Shown: in pieces, positions 45,866 through 54,197 of the stretch | Layout: every line of letters begins with the position of its first letter | How positions within the stretch are numbered: the first letter of the stretch is position 1 | IMG/VR virus record: IMGVR_UViG_3300034004_000010 | Coordinates: 1 to 58,481 of that record | Direction: 5' to 3' (one strand) | DNA: 58,481 bases | Origin: a virus | Lineage: Duplodnaviria; Caudoviricetes | The notes under the pieces: generated by a model | The model's database searches: none | Told to the model about the DNA's origin: nothing | The model's input: only the letters and a program-made list of their open reading frames with translations | Made by a program: the position numbers and the translations under genes

Positions 45866-46193
45866 GGCGTATCGCCGATCGCAGCACTCGGACTCCTCGC
45901 GCCCGAGCCCGAGCCGTTGGGTACAACTCCACGTAGTGCAGTAGCTCGTCGGCAGCTTCGCGCAGAGTCGCCCCGACGTAGTGCCCTCGCCGTCCGACCC
46001 ATCGGCCGGCAACGACGACGACGGCGTCGCCGCGTTCGATGGGGTGAGAGGCAAGGTCAGCCACCGGAGCGCACCTCGCTGGATGGGCACGCGAGCATAC
46101 CGTCGTCGTGCCACCACATCGAGCGGTCGTCTTTGCGGCGGAGGCGACCCCCGCAACATGCGCAGGACGCCTCGTGCTCGCTGATGCGTTCAC
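45858..46193 (-). CDS. Hypothetical protein (start uncertain)
   Basis: Fills the operon gap on the minus strand. Confidence 0.4.
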   Translation of the reverse strand: MNASASTRRPAHVAGVASAAKTTARCGGTTTVCSRAHPARCAPVADLASHPIERGDAVVVVAGRWVGRRGHYVGATLREAADELLHYVELYPTARARARGVRVLRSAIRHD

Positions 46194-46249
46194 CGGGGAT
46201 GGCGACGCCCATCACGCCAGCCTCCCGCGCGGCACCGACACATGCGCCG

Positions 46250-46582
46250 TCACGGCCCGATCCTCAGGTTGGCCAACGCCTGGTCGTCTAGCCACACACG
46301 TACGGGGGCCCGCTCCATGTCGTGCAGCACGGCCTGCATCCGCGCCGCATCCTCCGCCGCCGCCCGCTCCGCCCCCTCCAGCGTCCGGCCGACAACGCCC
46401 CGCAGGCGGTCCTCGACCATCCGCTCCGGCATCTGCAACGCCCGCAACTCGGCACGCACCTCCTCGAGCAGCGGCGCCCACGAATCCACGTACGCCTTGA
46501 ACGCCGCGCTCGACACGTAGTAGCGGAAGCTCGCTGGCCGCAGCCGCACGACATCCGCGACCAGATCCGCCACGTCGGTCAC
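46250..46582 (-). CDS. Hypothetical protein
   Basis: GTGA overlap, GAGGTGG RBS. Confidence 0.6.
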   Translation of the reverse strand: MTDVADLVADVVRLRPASFRYYVSSAAFKAYVDSWAPLLEEVRAELRALQMPERMVEDRLRGVVGRTLEGAERAAAEDAARMQAVLHDMERAPVRVWLDDQALANLRIGP

Positions 46583-47001
46583 GACGCCACCTCAGCGGGC
46601 AGTGCGGGGACCTTCAGCAGGTCCAGTGCGACGCCCAACGCCCGGGCCAGCTTCTCCGCCTGCATCACGACGGCGAGGAAGCCCGGCGGGCAAGTGCCGC
46701 AGTCCTCGCCGTTGCGGATCTGCTCCAGCAGTCGCTCCTTCGTCCCGGCGCACTTGTCCAACGTCTCCGCGATCTCCCATCGGACCGTCTCGGCGGTGTC
46801 GCAGTCGACCGCGGCGGCAAGGGTGGTGAACTCCGCGTCCGCCGGGGCGGGAGGCATGACCGCGTCCAGCACGCGGATCGCGGCCTGGTAGGCGGTCAGG
46901 TTGACCTCGCCCGTGGACGGGTCGACGTACTTGGCAAGGGCCGCGCAGCCCACGTCATACATCTCGTCTGACACGGCCGGGGGGACAGTGTTGGTCCTCA
47001 T
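46579..47001 (-). CDS. Hypothetical protein
   Basis: GAGGT RBS before the ATG at 47001. Confidence 0.6.
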   Translation of the reverse strand: MRTNTVPPAVSDEMYDVGCAALAKYVDPSTGEVNLTAYQAAIRVLDAVMPPAPADAEFTTLAAAVDCDTAETVRWEIAETLDKCAGTKERLLEQIRNGEDCGTCPPGFLAVVMQAEKLARALGVALDLLKVPALPAEVAS

Positions 47002-47088
47002 GTCGCTACCTCTCGTGAGTGGACGTGTACTGACGGTCAGGTCCCCCGAGTCGATCTCGCGCTGCAAGTGCATAAGATCCGTGCGAGA

Positions 47089-48171
47089 TCAGAGGCCGAG
47101 CTTCGTGGCCGCGTTGTGCTTCCACACGCCGGCCTCTTCGCGGTAGCCGCGCATCACGTTCGGCGACTTCCACCCGCCCTGCTGCATGATGTCCATCTCG
47201 GACACCTCCTGCGCGTACGCCTCGGTGGCGAACCCGCGGCGGCCGGAGTGCCCACCCCAGTCCCCGGCGAGGCCAGCGGCAGCGGCGCGGCGCTTCACGA
47301 CCTCCGCGACGTCGCGGCCATCCAGCCTGCGCGGCTGGCCCCCGAGGGCCTTGAGGTTGCCCCACTGGTCCATCGACGGGAACGCGGGCCCCTCCGTGAC
47401 GCCGTAGACCTTGAGCCACGCCAGCCACGACCTCACAGGGCACGTGGCCATGTGTGAGCCGTAGGGGAGACCCTTCGTCTTCCCCTCGCCGGTCTGGTCC
47501 GTTTTCGACCGGCCCAGGACCACCTCGAGCCCGTCCTCGACGACGGTGAAGTCGGTGATGTCGAGGGCGGCGACCTCGGAGCGGCGGAACGCTCCGGAGA
47601 ACAGGACCAGCAGCAGCGCCCGATCCCGAACGTCGAGCGGGTCGCTGGCGAACGTGGCGAGGATGCGGCGAAGGTCCTTGGTCCGCATGGCCTTCTTCTT
47701 GCGCTTGCGCCTACCAGCGTCGGCCTGCGCCTTGCGGATGCCGGTGAGGACGGACACCACCTGCTCGGCCCACACGATCTGCCTGTGGGCGGTGACGCCG
47801 GCGTGGGCGTAGCCGACGCTGATGCTGGACAGCTTCTTCGTCAGCGTGGACGCCGCCAGCCCGGGCCGGTCGCCGTTCGGCTCGGCGAGGGCGGTGAGGT
47901 AGAGGCGGATCGTCTCGGACACGTACTGCGCGGGGGTCGCGCCCTCGCTGGTGGCGTCGTCCGGGCTGGGGAACACGGTTCGGGCGTGCTTGCCGCACCA
48001 CTCGACGTACAGCTTCCAGTCCGTCTCGTACACCCGCCACGTTGACGCCTTGCGCGAGTTGTCGGCGTGCTCGTCGGCCTTCGCCTTGAGCTCGGCGAGG
48101 ATCAGGGCGGCGTCGGGGCGGACGGGGGAGAGGGTGACCGGGGACGCCGTGGCGAGGTCGGTGGAGGTCAT
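47089..48171 (-). CDS. Tyrosine recombinase, Cre-like
   Basis: RDRALLLVLFSGAFRRSEV (R), RSKTDQ (K), GHSGRRGFAT (HxxR), GGWKS (W), MRGY (Y); N-terminal core-binding domain; no arm-binding domain evident. Confidence 0.92.
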   Translation of the reverse strand: MTSTDLATASPVTLSPVRPDAALILAELKAKADEHADNSRKASTWRVYETDWKLYVEWCGKHARTVFPSPDDATSEGATPAQYVSETIRLYLTALAEPNGDRPGLAASTLTKKLSSISVGYAHAGVTAHRQIVWAEQVVSVLTGIRKAQADAGRRKRKKKAMRTKDLRRILATFASDPLDVRDRALLLVLFSGAFRRSEVAALDITDFTVVEDGLEVVLGRSKTDQTGEGKTKGLPYGSHMATCPVRSWLAWLKVYGVTEGPAFPSMDQWGNLKALGGQPRRLDGRDVAEVVKRRAAAAGLAGDWGGHSGRRGFATEAYAQEVSEMDIMQQGGWKSPNVMRGYREEAGVWKHNAATKLGL

Positions 48172-48419
48172 GGCGCCAGCCTCGGCAGGCCGTCGGGTCC
48201 GAGGTCGAGCGGCCTGTCGGAGAACTCAACGTCTCGCTCACGGATCAGGCGCCACAGCCATAGCGCGTCATCGTGCGCGACATGCGCTCCGGCGGTCGGT
48301 TGGACGATCAGGCGCGTGGGCTGCCCGTCTCCATCGACAACGGCGTCGACCCTGACGCCCCAGGCCGTCCGAGCCGGACTCCCGTGATCGGGGTCGCAAT
48401 GAGGGCAGGTGCTGGTCAT
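48168..48419 (-). CDS. Hypothetical protein
   Basis: ATGA overlaps; CPHC. Confidence 0.6.
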   Translation of the reverse strand: MTSTCPHCDPDHGSPARTAWGVRVDAVVDGDGQPTRLIVQPTAGAHVAHDDALWLWRLIRERDVEFSDRPLDLGPDGLPRLAP

Positions 48420-48649
48420 CGCGCGATGTGCTCGATGCGGCCGGGGTGGATCCACATGGGGGTGGCGGCGCCATCCCAGAGGACGTAAACGGAGGCGCAC
48501 CACAGAGGCGGGCTCTGAACAGTCCCAGTCGTGCAGTCACCGAAGAAGGCGGTCCAGACGCGCTGACCGGGTTGGAAGGCGTCGGTGGGCAGGCAGTCGG
48601 CGATGCCAGTGCTGCCGTCATCGTGCGTGACGAAGCGGAGGGCGGTCAT
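48416..48649 (-). CDS. Hypothetical protein (SH3-like beta pattern)
   Basis: FQPGQRV...GTV...VYVLWD...W.HP. Confidence 0.6.
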   Translation of the reverse strand: MTALRFVTHDDGSTGIADCLPTDAFQPGQRVWTAFFGDCTTGTVQSPPLWCASVYVLWDGAATPMWIHPGRIEHIAR

Positions 48650-48825
48650 GACTGCCGCCCCAGGCGGCAAGCCCGCTCAGCCCAGTCGACGACGCGAGCG
48701 GCTATGAAGAACGCGGGGCGCAGAGGTAGTTCCAGCCGGGTGCCTCGTGCAGCCATCTCGGAACGGTCGAGAGCGGAGTCGACGGCGTACTCGATCCGCT
48801 GGGCGACAGTGGGAGTCTCGCTCAC
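48646..48825 (-). CDS. Hypothetical protein
   Basis: AGGAG RBS; ATGA overlap; 59 aa, not in the ORF track. Confidence 0.55.
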   Translation of the reverse strand: MSETPTVAQRIEYAVDSALDRSEMAARGTRLELPLRPAFFIAARVVDWAERACRLGRQS

Positions 48826-48878
48826 GGTGTGTCTCCTGTCGGTGGCGTTCAGTGACTGGCGTTCCTGCTGGTCCCCGC

Positions 48879-48907
48879 TATCTTACCACTGAGAATGGAA
48901 TATTCTC
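48879..48907 (-). promoter_or_regulatory. Extended -10 promoter with a palindromic operator
   Basis: Minus strand TGGTAAGAT; GAGAAT-N5-ATTCTC at 48891-48907; AT-rich island. Confidence 0.55.
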
Positions 48908-48921
48908 GGGGGTTAGCAAGA

Positions 48922-49125
48922 TCAGCAGACGGACGTGACGACGCCCCGGATCGACGGCTCCACCACGACCGCACCCCAACGCCACTCCGCGCGGAACGCT
49001 CGCTCCCGCGCCGCGAGGTCGCGGTCCTGCTCACACAGGAGCGCCAGCACGGCGCGCACCTCCTCGGCTGCGACCTCGTCGCCAGCCTTGGCCTTGCGGA
49101 TCAGATCCAGCAGGATCGCGCTCAC
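48922..49125 (-). CDS. Hypothetical protein
   Basis: AAGGAG RBS. Confidence 0.55.
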   Translation of the reverse strand: MSAILLDLIRKAKAGDEVAAEEVRAVLALLCEQDRDLAARERAFRAEWRWGAVVVEPSIRGVVTSVC

Positions 49126-49173
49126 GTCAGGTCTCCTTGATCACGAAACGCTAGTTTCGGGCGGTCGGTGGTG

Positions 49174-49433
49174 TCAGAACATGGCGAGAACGTCGGGCGC
49201 CTCGCCTGCACCGGCCCCCTGGCACTGCGCACGTAGCGCCCCGCGATGCAGGTACTCATGCGGCCCGTGATCCCCGCTCTCGCCGCACTCCTGCGGCCGG
49301 TAGTGCGTGGCGAGCATGTTCCCGGCCACGAGCATCCGGTACACGGCGTCGGCGCGGCGCTCAGTGCCCAACTCGGCACTGTCCTCCAGGGCCTTCTGGA
49401 TGACCGCCTTCACGTACTCCTCTGGCCGACTCA
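49174..49433 (-). CDS. Hypothetical protein
   Basis: GTGA-coupled small gene. Confidence 0.55.
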
Positions 49434-49543
49434 CGCGAGTCGCCCGGGGTCGAGGACTCCGCCGTCGCAGCGGCATCCGCCGTGCGTCCCGCAGTCGCCG
49501 CAGCATCGCGGGTCGGTGTGGCAGTCGTGGGTCTCGGTCTGGC

Positions 49544-49759
49544 TCACGTCGTCCTCCTGTCGTCGGCCCGCTCGGCGGGCACTCTCTCCGTCGGTGTCTC
49601 GCACGGCGTGTCCGTGGACTTCCGCACCAAGTCCAGGGCGTGGCGTATCGCCTCCAGGTACCCCTGGAGGTACGGCCCGTCTACCGCAGCCTTGGCCTCG
49701 GCGGCGTGCTCGTTGAGGTGCTCAAGTTGGGCGATGATGCGGGCCTGGATGTCGCTCAC
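49544..49759 (-). CDS. Hypothetical protein
   Basis: GTGA-coupled small gene. Confidence 0.55.
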   Translation of the reverse strand: MSDIQARIIAQLEHLNEHAAEAKAAVDGPYLQGYLEAIRHALDLVRKSTDTPCETPTERVPAERADDRRTT

Positions 49760-49938
49760 GCGCTCTCCGCCCTCTCGTCGTCCCCTACTGACGCCAGCAG
49801 CCCCGCCTCGGCGAGCATGTCGGCCTGGTGCTCGGGGTGGTCGCACAGGCAGATGGCGCGGACCCCGGCCTGGTCGCCGGCGCGGACCCGGGCGAGGGCG
49901 TGGTCAGCGAGGACCAGGGCCGCCGGGCGGGCGGTCAC
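49756..49938 (-). CDS. Hypothetical protein
   Basis: GTGA-coupled, GGAGG RBS. Confidence 0.5.
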   Translation of the reverse strand: MTARPAALVLADHALARVRAGDQAGVRAICLCDHPEHQADMLAEAGLLASVGDDERAESA

Positions 49939-50159
49939 ACATCCTCCCCAGCGTCGAGCTGCCGCTGCGTCCACCACGTCATCGCGTGGCCGTGACAGCA
50001 CGTCGGCCAGCCGATAGCCATGTAGCGGCCGAGAGGCTTCTCCTCCCGCCTGCACGTAGCGCAGCGCAGGACGCCGCCGAACCTGCTGACGACGTCGCCG
50101 CCGATGCGTTCAGGCAGAGTTGAGAGTTGCGCCGCTCGGACTGCCAGGTTCTCGCTCAT
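49935..50159 (-). CDS. Small Cys-containing hypothetical protein
   Basis: ATGA-coupled, GGAGG RBS; CATC...GWPTCC. Confidence 0.55.
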   Translation of the reverse strand: MSENLAVRAAQLSTLPERIGGDVVSRFGGVLRCATCRREEKPLGRYMAIGWPTCCHGHAMTWWTQRQLDAGEDV

Positions 50160-50275
50160 TCGTCCTCCCCGATCTCGTCTCGTGCGCGGTCCAGGCACAG
50201 GCAGCCGTCGGGATGCGGCCGGGCGTAGTCGGCGCGGCGGGCCGCAGCCCACTCCTCACGCTCCCAGGTGGTCAT
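50156..50275 (-). CDS. Small hypothetical protein (39 aa)
   Basis: GAGGAG RBS; coupled to the next gene. Confidence 0.5.
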   Translation of the reverse strand: MTTWEREEWAAARRADYARPHPDGCLCLDRARDEIGEDE

Positions 50276-50290
50276 GTCTACTCCTCGGGA

Positions 50291-50401
50291 CTAGCGGCGC
50301 GATCGGTGTACGCACCGGTCGACGTGGATGTCGTAGGCCATGCGATTGCGGAACGACGAGGCGCAGTACTCGCAGCGCCACACGTAGATCCGTCGCCTCA
50401 T
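50291..50401 (-). CDS. Mini C2HC zinc-finger protein (36 aa)
   Basis: GAGGAGG RBS; C-x2-C-x3-F-x5-Y-x2-H-x3-C. Confidence 0.6.
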   Translation of the reverse strand: MRRRIYVWRCEYCASSFRNRMAYDIHVDRCVHRSRR

Positions 50402-50412
50402 GCCGTCCTCCT

Positions 50413-51252
50413 CTACTGTCCGCCTGCGACGACGCGCAGGGTCGGGTTCTTGGCGGCACGGATGGCGTCCTTGACGCGGCCGGTGTTGCCGACGGACCAC
50501 CCGGCGTCCTTGATGGCGGTCGTGACGGTGGTGTACCCAGCGTCGGGACTGTCGGCGAGGGCGGCGCGGATGATGCGGTCGAGCTCGGTGTCGGGCACCG
50601 TCACAGGCGGGGGCGGACTCTGCCGGCCCTTGAGTGCAGCGATGGCGTCCGCGACGGCCTTGGCGCGGAGCGCTTCCTGCTCAGCGAGAACAGCCGCGAC
50701 GGCGGCATCGACGGCGCGGTGCGTCTCATCCTCGGCCTGGCGCAGGCGCTCGACGGCTTCGTCGAGCGCCGCCTGCAGTTCCGCAGTCCCATCCGTTGTC
50801 GTCTCTGCCTGGGCCGTGTCTGTGGCACCCTCCCCGGCGAGGTGCCACAGCAGGGACGCCGCGCCGAGAACCAGCACCGGCAGGCAGGACACGGCCACCA
50901 CCACCCACGGCGGAGCGGACGCGATCCCCCCCGCCGCCATCAGGTGGTACGCGGCCTGCCCGAACATGCCAAGGGCCAGAGCCGCCCCGCTCGAGGCCCA
51001 TGCGAACCCACGGGCCCGATCAGTGAGGCGCTCCGAGCTGGTGGCGACATAGAGGGCGTAGATGGCGTACGCCTCCACGCCGATCGGCAGCGTGATCGCT
51101 GTGTTCAGGGCGACGTTGTCGGCGATGCCAGGGAACGGCTTCACGACACCGAACCCCGTGAGGGAGCCGAGGCCCACCCACCCCGACCACGTGGACGCAC
51201 CTGCCGCCGCGCCGATGACGATCAGCGGCCACCTCTTGCGCGCGGGACTCAT
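50413..51252 (-). CDS. SpdB2/DUF2637-like plasmid-spread membrane protein
   Basis: About 4 hydrophobic segments (TLPIGVEAYA, GQAAYHL, VSCLPVLVLG), coiled coil, C-terminal HTH-like segment; ATGA-coupled to the traB-like gene. Confidence 0.7.
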   Translation of the reverse strand: MSPARKRWPLIVIGAAAGASTWSGWVGLGSLTGFGVVKPFPGIADNVALNTAITLPIGVEAYAIYALYVATSSERLTDRARGFAWASSGAALALGMFGQAAYHLMAAGGIASAPPWVVVAVSCLPVLVLGAASLLWHLAGEGATDTAQAETTTDGTAELQAALDEAVERLRQAEDETHRAVDAAVAAVLAEQEALRAKAVADAIAALKGRQSPPPPVTVPDTELDRIIRAALADSPDAGYTTVTTAIKDAGWSVGNTGRVKDAIRAAKNPTLRVVAGGQ

Positions 51253-53231
51253 GCCGCCGCCACCGTCCAGCCGGGCTCGCCCTTTGGGGTGGTCGCACGC
51301 TTCACGGCCTTGCCCTCCATCTCCTTGAGCAGCCCACTGACATAGGTGGGGTTCTGTCCGATCCTGTCGGCAATCTCCCCGCGAGTGAGTGCGTGACCCG
51401 CCGTGCGCAGCACATCGGGGATGAGTTCGCGGGCCGTGCGCCCCCCGCTCTGGGGGGGGACGAGGGCGAGGCGGCGGGGCTCCTCGACGTGAACGCCGGC
51501 AGCGACCTCGACGACCTCGCGGATCGGCTCCGCGGCTGGTGCGGCCTCGGGCTCGGCGTCCATGAACTCCGGCAGCCACCGCGCCACGATCGCCTCGTCG
51601 TCCGGGTGCAGCTTCGCCACCCGCGTCTCCGCCAGCCAGTCCTCCACCGTTCCGTGCGGCGCGGCGAAGTCCATGAACTCCAGCTCATCGCGGGTCGGCA
51701 GCATCCTCGCCCGCATCGGCACCAGCGGCACCGCATGCAGGGACGACTTGATGAACCACCAGCCAGCGGCAGCGGGCAGCCTCGTGGGGTCCACGTCGAA
51801 CCCCTGGGTGGCGTCCCTGGCGGCCTGGGCGTCGGCGTACCGGCCGATGTAGACGGTGCCGTTGCCGCGCAGGTCGTTACGGAACGCCGTGGAACCGAGG
51901 GACTCCCCGTCGCCCTTCTGGGTGTTCAGGATGAGGTTGCAGCCGAAGCTGGCGCCCTGGGAGGCGATGTCCTCGAGCTTGCCGATGACGGCCCGCCCCC
52001 AGACCTTGTTCATCTTCCGCATCTCGTCGATCATCGTGGCGAACAGGGGGTCCTGGTAGCCGTCGACCACTGCGTCCGGGTGGTAGAAGTTGCGCCCCGC
52101 CCGCCCGTACCTGCCGGCGCGGGCGGAGAACACCTCGTGGGACATCTCGACCACGCACCGCCACTGGTCGCGGGTCCACCCGTACACGTCAGCGCCGGCG
52201 CGCAGCTCGGGGACGCCGGCGCCGCCCTCGTGCTCGCCCTTGCAGTCAGCGATGGCGAGGAACGCCTGATCCCAGCGGGCCAGGGCCACGCCGAACTGGC
52301 GCATCACGATGCCCTTGCCGTGACGCGACGGCGCCAGGATGACGGCGTGCGCGGCGCCTGAGGGGCCACGGAGCGCGGCGAGAGCAGCACGCCCGTCGGC
52401 GGAGTCGGCGGACTCGAACGCGCCCCGCTCGGACACGTTCCCGTCGGACCAGTACCGCACCACGGACGCGTCGTGCCGGTCGGTGACGGCCACGAGGAAG
52501 TCGTTCGCGTCGCCCTCGGGGTCCGGGGAGATGGACACGGTCCCGCGGGGGCGGCACAGCAGCCGGCACGCCCGTTCCGATGCGCCTTCCACGCCGTCGT
52601 CGCCGTCGATGGGTGCGCGGAGGTGGAACCTGTCGGTGGCGGGGTCGTGGCGGAGCTCGGTGAGGGCGAGGGGCCCGGCCTTGGGGTGCTGGGCGACCTC
52701 CCACTCCCACTGCTCCACCAGCGGGTGGGCCTGGATGGGTTCGGGGCGGTCGTCGCGGAGCATCCACGCGCGGCCCTTCCAGAACGGCCACAGGGCGCCG
52801 ACGGTGACGGCGACCCAGAGGGCGGCCTGGACGCGCCAGTCGATGTCGGGGGTGGCGTCGAGCCACACCTGCCAGGCGGCGGCGGCAGCGCAGGCGCGGC
52901 GCAGGCGGGTCTGCTCGAGCGCGCTGATCCACCGCTTCGGTTCGCGCCACAGGTCGAACGCGAACCCCAGCGCCAGCCACACCCACGGCGTCCACCACGA
53001 CACGTAGCAGGCGGTGGCAGCGAAGTAGACGGGCCGCAGGTGGTAGCGGTAGCGGCCACGGGCGGTCTGGTTGCCCAGCCAGTACAGGGTCATCCCGGTG
53101 AGGGTGACGCCCTGGACGAGGGGCTTGAGGGTGGCGGTCCAGAACAGGAACCGCAGGACGGCGACGCCGGGGGCGCGGCCGGGCGGGGCGGGGGCGGGAG
53201 GCGCCGGGCGGGCGATCGTGACGAGCGGCAT
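51249..53231 (-). CDS. TraB-like FtsK/SpoIIIE conjugal DNA translocase
   Basis: N-terminal TM segments; Walker A variant APSRHGKG; DCKG; Walker B TMIDE; NTQK; C-terminal winged helix (LTRGEIADRIGQNPTYVSGLLKEM...GW); AAGGAGG RBS. Confidence 0.8.
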   Translation of the reverse strand: MPLVTIARPAPPAPAPPGRAPGVAVLRFLFWTATLKPLVQGVTLTGMTLYWLGNQTARGRYRYHLRPVYFAATACYVSWWTPWVWLALGFAFDLWREPKRWISALEQTRLRRACAAAAAWQVWLDATPDIDWRVQAALWVAVTVGALWPFWKGRAWMLRDDRPEPIQAHPLVEQWEWEVAQHPKAGPLALTELRHDPATDRFHLRAPIDGDDGVEGASERACRLLCRPRGTVSISPDPEGDANDFLVAVTDRHDASVVRYWSDGNVSERGAFESADSADGRAALAALRGPSGAAHAVILAPSRHGKGIVMRQFGVALARWDQAFLAIADCKGEHEGGAGVPELRAGADVYGWTRDQWRCVVEMSHEVFSARAGRYGRAGRNFYHPDAVVDGYQDPLFATMIDEMRKMNKVWGRAVIGKLEDIASQGASFGCNLILNTQKGDGESLGSTAFRNDLRGNGTVYIGRYADAQAARDATQGFDVDPTRLPAAAGWWFIKSSLHAVPLVPMRARMLPTRDELEFMDFAAPHGTVEDWLAETRVAKLHPDDEAIVARWLPEFMDAEPEAAPAAEPIREVVEVAAGVHVEEPRRLALVPPQSGGRTARELIPDVLRTAGHALTRGEIADRIGQNPTYVSGLLKEMEGKAVKRATTPKGEPGWTVAAA

Positions 53232-53334
53232 CGGTGCCTCCTTCAGGGGTTAGGTGAGGTTCAGGTGGGGTTCAGGGATGGGGTGGCCCGCCGAGCCGGG
53301 ACGGCGGCTCGGCGGGCCCGATTGCCCGGCGAGG

Positions 53335-54192
53335 TCAGTCGCCGGACAGCTCTCGAGCGAGGTCAGCGACGTGCGTCGCGTGCTCGCGCAGCGCCTCCCC
53401 GTCCCGTGCGACCGCGGTGGCGGCCTCAACGAACGCGACAACCTCGCGATTCATGTCGCCGCCGAAGTCACGGACCACGTCCTGCAGCCCCGCGCACGCC
53501 TTGATGACCTGCACGAAGTCAGAGCCGTCGCCGAGGGCACTGATCTGCTCGGCGAACCTGCGCACGGACGCCAGGTCGCCGAACTCACCACCGCCCTGCG
53601 CGGGGCCGCCGACGTCGTGCCAACGGGAAGCGCTGGCCATCCCCGCCATCCGGCGCTCGTCCTCGCGGCTCTGCCAGACCTTGTCCGCGTCGTAACCCCT
53701 GCGCAGGAGGTCCTGGCGTTCTTCGGGCGTGAGGTTGGGGGTCTCGCCGCGCCCCCTCGAGCCACGCAGCGACGCGTTCGCCGCGCGCCAGTCTGCGGCT
53801 GCCCGCTCAGGGGTGTCGGGCCCGCTCATCCCGACGAGACGCGTGGTGCTGCCCGCAGGGATGGGCGGGGGTGGGGTGCTCGTGGTCATGTTGTCCTCAT
53901 CTCGTGTCGTTTCAAGGGTGCGGGTGGGCTGGGCTTCTCCGAGCGACTTGTGGTGTTCCGCGCACTCCACGCAGAGCCGGACCTGGGTCCAGTCCTTGTA
54001 GGTGATGTCGACGGTGGCCGGCTGCCAGCAGGACCCGCACCTGCAGAGCCCTGCCCGCGGCTCGTTGGGGTCGTAATTGGCCCGCAGATGGCGACGACAG
54101 ACCAGGCGGCCTTTGATCCAGAACTCGCCGAGGATGTCGGCGCCTGACGCGCAGTCCTGGCACCAGCCGAACTCCTCGGCATGCCTGTGCAT
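53335..54192 (-). CDS. Cys-rich Zn-binding protein fused to a helical-hairpin domain
   Basis: CQDC...CRRH, CRCGSC...CVECAEHH; C-terminal domain paralogous to that of 54198..55163. Confidence 0.65.
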   Translation of the reverse strand: MHRHAEEFGWCQDCASGADILGEFWIKGRLVCRRHLRANYDPNEPRAGLCRCGSCWQPATVDITYKDWTQVRLCVECAEHHKSLGEAQPTRTLETTRDEDNMTTSTPPPPIPAGSTTRLVGMSGPDTPERAAADWRAANASLRGSRGRGETPNLTPEERQDLLRRGYDADKVWQSREDERRMAGMASASRWHDVGGPAQGGGEFGDLASVRRFAEQISALGDGSDFVQVIKACAGLQDVVRDFGGDMNREVVAFVEAATAVARDGEALREHATHVADLARELSGD

Positions 54193-54197
54193 GACCG

